A stretch of 64,000 bases of DNA from an uncultured Halobacteriales archaeon (lineage in GTDB: Archaea > Halobacteriota > Halobacteria > Halobacteriales > PXRE01). The position numbers were made by a program, and so were the translations under genes. Of the stretch, positions 59,201 to 64,000 are shown piece after piece. The first letter of the stretch is position 1. Every line of letters begins with the position of its first letter. The DNA lies in NCBI GenBank assembly GCA_964435625.1, contig CAYTAG010000001.1:7190-71189 (forward strand), written 5' to 3'. A model generated the notes under the pieces. The model saw only the letters and a list, made by a program, of their open reading frames with translations. It ran no database searches and had not been told where the DNA came from.

Positions 59201-59644
59201 TTATAGCTTGTCTCGCTGCATCAACAGAAGCAGGTCGCCAACGCCCGGGAGCGTGTAGAACGCCAGTTGGAGCGTGCAGTAGGCGATGGCCACGATCTCC
59301 CAGGCCGTCAGGGGCAGGCGACTCCAGACCCAGAGGACCAGCCCCCAGGCCCCGACCCAGCCGAACACGAGCGGGGCGAGGTAGGCGGCCTGGATGGCCC
59401 AGCGCGGCGTCTCGGGGACCCAGTAGATGTCGACGGCTGTCCGCGAGGACCACTCAAACTCTGTGCGAATCGACCAGGGCCAGGCGACGGCGGCGTGCGA
59501 GAGTTCGTGGAGGACGATCCCCGGCAGCAGGGTCACGAGGACGCCCAGTTGCGCGAACGGCGGCAGCGCCCGCCACCAGGCCGGCGTCCCCCGCTCGGCC
59601 ACCGTCGACGCCGTCTCGGAGAGTGACAAACGCATGATCGTCAC
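59201..59644 (-). CDS. membrane protein with HExxH motif
   Basis: VLHELSHAAV within a polytopic TM protein. Confidence 0.45.
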   Translation of the reverse strand: MTIMRLSLSETASTVAERGTPAWWRALPPFAQLGVLVTLLPGIVLHELSHAAVAWPWSIRTEFEWSSRTAVDIYWVPETPRWAIQAAYLAPLVFGWVGAWGLVLWVWSRLPLTAWEIVAIAYCTLQLAFYTLPGVGDLLLLMQRDKL

Positions 59645-60018
59645 CCCCGGTCAAAGATGGCGTAGTACGCCAGGCCCAGGGCGACGGTAACGAGCAGGCC
59701 CAGGAACACGGCAACAGGCCCCTCGACGTTGGCGATGAGCGTCGCCGGGAAGAGCGTGAGGACGACGGCCGGCGGGTAAATCGACTCTGTCCACCAGTAC
59801 AGGCTGACCATGTAGAACGAGACCAGGATCGTCGTCGCCAGTGCCTCGCCGATGTTGAGAAAGACCGGCCCGAGGACGCACCACGCCCAGTCGCCAGTCA
59901 TGTGGCAGTCGCGAAGCCAGTCCGTCCCCCGGTGGCCGCTCAGGACTAGTCGAGCGAGCGCCTGTGCAACGACCGGCCAGCCCGCGGCGATCACGAGGAG
60001 TTGGTTGCTCGGAAACAT
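59641..60018 (-). CDS. membrane protein
   Basis: 125 aa, four TM helices. Confidence 0.5.
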   Translation of the reverse strand: MFPSNQLLVIAAGWPVVAQALARLVLSGHRGTDWLRDCHMTGDWAWCVLGPVFLNIGEALATTILVSFYMVSLYWWTESIYPPAVVLTLFPATLIANVEGPVAVFLGLLVTVALGLAYYAIFDRG

Positions 60019-60022
60019 GGTG

Positions 60023-60412
60023 TCACCGGAGGACGAAGTCGAACCCCCTGATGATGATGAGGAGCGACAGGCCCACGGCGAAGTCGAACATCGTCTGGAT
60101 GCTCATCGCGATGGGCCAGGAAACGCCCCAGGACCGCAGGGCGTTGTAGACGCCGCCCAGCAAGAGGCCAAAGACGGCCATGAACGTCTTGCCGGCTCCG
60201 ACTGCGAGGCCGAAGATCGACGGGCCGACGCCGCCGCCGCCCGCGCCGAACACGCCCGGCTCCTGGATGTCGCCCGACGACTCGTTAACCTCTTGCTGCA
60301 TCCCGGTGTCGAAGCCGACGCCAGCAACCTGGTAGAAGCCCATCGCGGTCAGGGTGGTCGTGGCGAGGGTGACCGCGACGACGAGCATCCCTAGCTTGAT
60401 GGCTCCCTGCAT
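60023..60412 (-). CDS. membrane protein with Gly-rich loop
   Basis: 129 aa. TM helices and a GVFGAGGGGVGPSIFG loop. Confidence 0.5.
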   Translation of the reverse strand: MQGAIKLGMLVVAVTLATTTLTAMGFYQVAGVGFDTGMQQEVNESSGDIQEPGVFGAGGGGVGPSIFGLAVGAGKTFMAVFGLLLGGVYNALRSWGVSWPIAMSIQTMFDFAVGLSLLIIIRGFDFVLR

Positions 60413-63400
60413 CAGCGATACCCCCCCGAAACGCGGAGATGCCCTCCGATGGCGATGGTCATCGCAATAACCCAGAACCCGGGGTAGATCTCGACCAGAC
60501 CCATCCCGGTGAGCAGTCCGGCGACCATGCAGGTGGCGATGGCCCCCCGCGTCGCCTGGACGACCCCGCTCAACGTGATCGTCGTCAGCACGAACAGGAA
60601 GCTAAAGATGCCCGACCAGGGCTCGCCCAGCGGGAAGTCGTCGACGACGGAGATGCTGCCCGGCCGCTCGATCTGCCCGATCTCCTCGCCGGACCGGACC
60701 GCCGTCCAGTTGACCACCCAGCGCGTGTCCCCGTTGGGCAGGTCAACCTCCGCCGAGTAGTTCCCGAGTTCGAACACTTCGTCCTCGTGAATGTAGTTGC
60801 TGTAGTTGCCGGCCTCGTGGACGCGGACGTAGTAGTCACGGGTCTCCTGCGCGGGATCGCTGTAGGTAATGATCAGCTTGCGGTTGCCGTTCTCCTCGAC
60901 GATCTCCGAGGTCGACAGGAAGGTCTGGTTCTCCTGCGCGGAGAAGCGAATCTCGCCCACGCGGATGGTCTTCGGGTTGTCCTCGTCGAGCGCCTGGTAC
61001 GGCCCAACGACGCGGACGGTACCGTCGTCGCGGAGCAGTTTCAGTCGGTAGCGGACGCCTTGCTCCAGGTTGATCGCGTAGGAGTTGTCCGCCCCGAAGT
61101 AGTCACCGCCGATGGTGACCCACTCGATGCCGTTCGACGCGGTCGTGTTCAACGCGCGCTCGACGACCAGACGGGTGCTCTCGATGGGGAACTGGCCGGT
61201 GAGGTCCTCCAGTTCGAAGCGGTTGTAGACCGTCGTGACGTTGTTGGGGTCGTCTAGCAGCAGGTAGACCTCTTGCTGCTGGACGAGCGAGTCGACGTGG
61301 ATGCGCCGATTGTGGTAGCCCTCGGCCTCCGCGACGACGATGAACGACTGATCAGCAGGGAGGCCACTCATGTCGATCTCCCCGTTGGTCGTCGTCCGCT
61401 CAACCACGAGGTCGTCCTCGCCGTAGAACCGCACCCGGACCTCGACGTTGGTCAGCTTGTCCATCGGGTCCGACTCGTTGTAGATCGTGAGATCGCTCGG
61501 TAGCACGAACGTGGCCGTCCCGGTCTCCGGCCCGCGATCCGACCCGCCCCAGGAGTCCGAGACCTCGACGTGCCAGTCGTGCTCGTCCGTCTCGACCGCA
61601 CTGAGCGATACCGACGCCGTCCCGTTGCCGCCCAGAATATCGGAGGCCTGGTAGTCCCCGTCGACGTAGAACGAGACGTTGAGTTGCTCGCCCCGCACTG
61701 TCCCGAAATCCCGGTCGGAGACGTCCGCGCTGAGCGTTACTGGGTCCTCGTCGATGGTGTCCGTCGTGTTCGGCTCCAGTGACGTGTCGTCGACGATAGG
61801 ATCCTCGTTCCGCACGATCGCTCCCTCGTCGTGGAGCCGTGCCGTGTGGTCCGGATCGGTCTGCTCAACGTCGACGCTGATCCGAACCTGATCGCCGCTG
61901 AACTCGCTCCAGGACTGCGTGAGGTTCTGCGACGAGGAGACCGTCGTCGACGCGAGCGTCGTCCAGGAGAATCCGTCATCGGTCGATCCCTCCCAGGTCA
62001 CGTCGGCCGTCGCGTTCCGGAGCGTGAGGTCGGAGACCCCCTCAACGCTGTGAGTCACGTCGTGCGTGGCCTGGTATGAACTCGTCTCTGGGAGTTGCGC
62101 ACCCGGATGGTTAAACAGCCACTCGTGGTCCGAGGCGGTAAGCTCCCGGTTGTAGACCCGCAGGTCGTCGATGGAGCCGTTCATGTGGAACTCGTCTCCC
62201 CCTCGTTCCCCGGCCACGAGGTCGCCGGTGAAGCTCGTGATCGGGCTGGACGAGTGTTCGCCGCTTCCGACCAGTTCGCCGTCCAGGTAGAGCTTGTTCT
62301 CCGTCCCCGAGATCACGGCGGTGACGTAATGCCACTCCCCCGTCGAGATCGAGGTCCGGTATCGGTATTCGTCGACGTCGTCGATGTCATCATAAATCCC
62401 GATCCGGCCGCCACCGGCCCGGATGCCCCACCCGTCCGTGGCGACTGATCTAAACTTGTTCACGACGAACCGGTCCGACTGATTCTCGGGCAGGTAGAGC
62501 CGGAAGGAGATGCTGAAGTTCGACGCGCCGTAGTTCCCGGTCGCCATCGACCCATCGCCGTCGAACGAAATCGCCTGCCCGGCCGGGCCATCGACCCAGG
62601 TCCCGTTCGTGATGGACATATCGTCGCCCTCGTCACCGAAGGCAGTCTCGCCCTGTCCAGCATCGAGCGCCCAGCGCTCGGTCGCGGTCGCGGAGAGCTT
62701 GCTGTCATGGTAGCGGTGTAGCCGCTGGATCTGCCCCGGCGTCAGCGCCTCCGAATAGACGCGCAGGTCATCGACAGTCCCGGGGAAGTGCTCCGATTCG
62801 GATCCATTCGCGACGTACAGCGGTTCAATCGACGTACCCAGCTGGTCATAAGGAGTCTCGGTCGAGGCGGCGATCTGCCCATCGACGAGGAGGAACGCCA
62901 TTCCGCTTGGATCGACCGTGAGGGCGACGTGGTGCCACTCGCCGTCGTTGATCTTGATTCCGCTATTCAAAGTCTCCAAGGAATTGTTGCCACTCCCGTC
63001 CGTCACCCTGAAATTTGCCTTCGTGATGTTGGCCTGCATGTGGATCCGATATTGTCTCCAATTATTTTTGGAGACGATGCCCCTCGTCCCGGCCTCGCCA
63101 TCCAGCTTGATCCAGGTCGATACCGTGAGGCCGTCCGTCGGGTTGAGCGAGGGATCGTTGGGCACCTTGACCTGATCGTCGGTCCCGTCAAAGCTCAGGG
63201 CCTGGCCCGTCACGCCAGTCGTCCAGGACGCCCCCGTGATCGCGCCGTCGTTGCTCCCCACGTGATCGTGGGCCGCCGACCCGCTCCCCTCGTCGAACGC
63301 CCACCGCGAGACCGCGGTCGACCGGTACGTGTTGTGGCCGACGAACCCGGCCTCGCCGCTCCGCTCGACGTCGGCGTTCGTCAGTGACCCGTTCGAGAGC

Positions 63401-63546
63401 TCGCTCGCCGTCTCGTGGTGGCTGACGAGAGTCGAGTTCGCCGCCGAGACTGGTTGCGCCGAGAGGGCCAGCAACGCGACGAAGACCACGACGCCGGCCC
63501 ACGCGTACCGGCGACGGCGGCTTCGGTTTCGGCCCGGTCCCCTCAT
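60412..63546 (-). CDS. large secreted, C-terminally membrane-anchored protein with two LamG (concanavalin-like lectin) domains
   Basis: Signal-like N-terminus (internal Met MRGPGRNRSRRRRYAWAGVVVFVALLALSAQPVSA). LamG_3-like ALSFDG...GTVDDLRVYSEALT and AISFDG...GSIDDLRVYNRELT. Many N-x-S/T sequons. C-terminal TM helices. Confidence 0.75.
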   Translation of the reverse strand: MRGPGRNRSRRRRYAWAGVVVFVALLALSAQPVSAANSTLVSHHETASELSNGSLTNADVERSGEAGFVGHNTYRSTAVSRWAFDEGSGSAAHDHVGSNDGAITGASWTTGVTGQALSFDGTDDQVKVPNDPSLNPTDGLTVSTWIKLDGEAGTRGIVSKNNWRQYRIHMQANITKANFRVTDGSGNNSLETLNSGIKINDGEWHHVALTVDPSGMAFLLVDGQIAASTETPYDQLGTSIEPLYVANGSESEHFPGTVDDLRVYSEALTPGQIQRLHRYHDSKLSATATERWALDAGQGETAFGDEGDDMSITNGTWVDGPAGQAISFDGDGSMATGNYGASNFSISFRLYLPENQSDRFVVNKFRSVATDGWGIRAGGGRIGIYDDIDDVDEYRYRTSISTGEWHYVTAVISGTENKLYLDGELVGSGEHSSSPITSFTGDLVAGERGGDEFHMNGSIDDLRVYNRELTASDHEWLFNHPGAQLPETSSYQATHDVTHSVEGVSDLTLRNATADVTWEGSTDDGFSWTTLASTTVSSSQNLTQSWSEFSGDQVRISVDVEQTDPDHTARLHDEGAIVRNEDPIVDDTSLEPNTTDTIDEDPVTLSADVSDRDFGTVRGEQLNVSFYVDGDYQASDILGGNGTASVSLSAVETDEHDWHVEVSDSWGGSDRGPETGTATFVLPSDLTIYNESDPMDKLTNVEVRVRFYGEDDLVVERTTTNGEIDMSGLPADQSFIVVAEAEGYHNRRIHVDSLVQQQEVYLLLDDPNNVTTVYNRFELEDLTGQFPIESTRLVVERALNTTASNGIEWVTIGGDYFGADNSYAINLEQGVRYRLKLLRDDGTVRVVGPYQALDEDNPKTIRVGEIRFSAQENQTFLSTSEIVEENGNRKLIITYSDPAQETRDYYVRVHEAGNYSNYIHEDEVFELGNYSAEVDLPNGDTRWVVNWTAVRSGEEIGQIERPGSISVVDDFPLGEPWSGIFSFLFVLTTITLSGVVQATRGAIATCMVAGLLTGMGLVEIYPGFWVIAMTIAIGGHLRVSGGYR

Positions 63547-63953
63547 CGGCGGATCCCCCCGAAGACGTCGTCGCGGATCGGCGCCCAGAAGTAGTAGACG
63601 TCGGCCGCGATGATGAAGAACGCAGGGACGTAGGCGGCCACGATGTCCTCGGCGTAGGCGACGATCCACAGCCAGGAGAGTTCCTGCAGGGCATCCGTCG
63701 CGGTCCCGCCGTCACGGGCCAGCTCGAAGATCGGGCCGCCCATGAGCGAGAACACGAAGGCGAACAGCACCATCAGCGCGTTCACGATGACCAGCGTGAA
63801 CGCCCGGATGGCGATGTTCCCCGAGGACGGGCCCGGGAGCCGAGAGGCGATCAGCCACTCCATCCCGATGCCCAGGAGCAGGATGAACGGGAGCCACTCC
63901 CAGGAGAGGATGATCGTCTCCTGGGCGATCTGCGCGAACGTCCGGCCGGACAT
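63543..63953 (-). CDS. membrane protein (may be 5-prime partial)
   Basis: 136 aa, four TM helices. The frame stays open upstream of the Met to the window edge (…LETSLVDAITQQDQW-M), so the true start may lie beyond 64000. Confidence 0.5.
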   Translation of the reverse strand: MSGRTFAQIAQETIILSWEWLPFILLLGIGMEWLIASRLPGPSSGNIAIRAFTLVIVNALMVLFAFVFSLMGGPIFELARDGGTATDALQELSWLWIVAYAEDIVAAYVPAFFIIAADVYYFWAPIRDDVFGGIRR

Positions 63954-64000
63954 CCACTGGTCTTGTTGCGTGATCGCGTCGACGAGCGAGGTTTCGAGGG

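Overview
GC-rich sequence encoding a strongly acidic proteome, with Shine-Dalgarno-like GGAGGTGA motifs, a phiH-repressor-like wHTH gene and a YREK-type DDE transposase. This points to a haloarchaeal (class Halobacteria) plasmid or integrated provirus-like element, and essentially the whole window looks accessory. I found no rRNA, tRNA or CRISPR array. Layout: (1) 0.4-2.1 kb, a zinc-ribbon protein and a P-loop NTPase. (2) 2.4-11.0 kb, a co-directional surface-glycan cassette (GT2 polyprenol-P-sugar synthase, two paralogous GT-C/DUF2029 proteins, a GtrA-FkbM fusion, small membrane proteins, an arylsulfotransferase-like secreted protein) that ends 9 bp from a convergent tyrosine recombinase. (3) 11-15.5 kb, the integrase operon of small membrane and zinc-ribbon proteins. 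(4) 15.8-17.5 kb, an IS4/ISH-type transposase. (5) 17.7-20.8 kb, an HTH protein and a 938-aa acidic protein. (6) 21.1-23.4 kb, four transcription units, each preceded by the same roughly 50-bp element (palindrome, covarying GAAA hairpin, GTGACAGTNCCC-ATG), plus one degenerate remnant. (7) 23.4-26.8 kb, a 7-gene operon ending in a TIM-barrel-like protein. (8) 28.5-29.7 kb, three promoters sharing a TTCGGA-N4/5-CCGAA operator next to a wHTH gene. (9) 30.3-32.2 kb, parA, an acidic partner and a centromere-like palindrome array. (10) 32.9-36.3 kb, a 1137-aa protein. (11) 36.8-56.4 kb, 34 consecutive overlapping minus-strand genes that are zinc-finger rich and include a C5-MTase, an SplB-like radical SAM, DUF488, an MmcB-like nuclease, a TFB cyclin-like protein and PadR/RHH/AbrB regulators. 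They are transcribed divergently from a phiH-repressor-like gene. (12) 57-64 kb, a metzincin lipoprotein, membrane proteins and a 1044-aa double-LamG membrane-anchored protein. Most long ORFs lying antisense to, or out of frame with, these genes are high-GC shadow ORFs. All functional calls rest on motif recognition by eye, and no searches were run.
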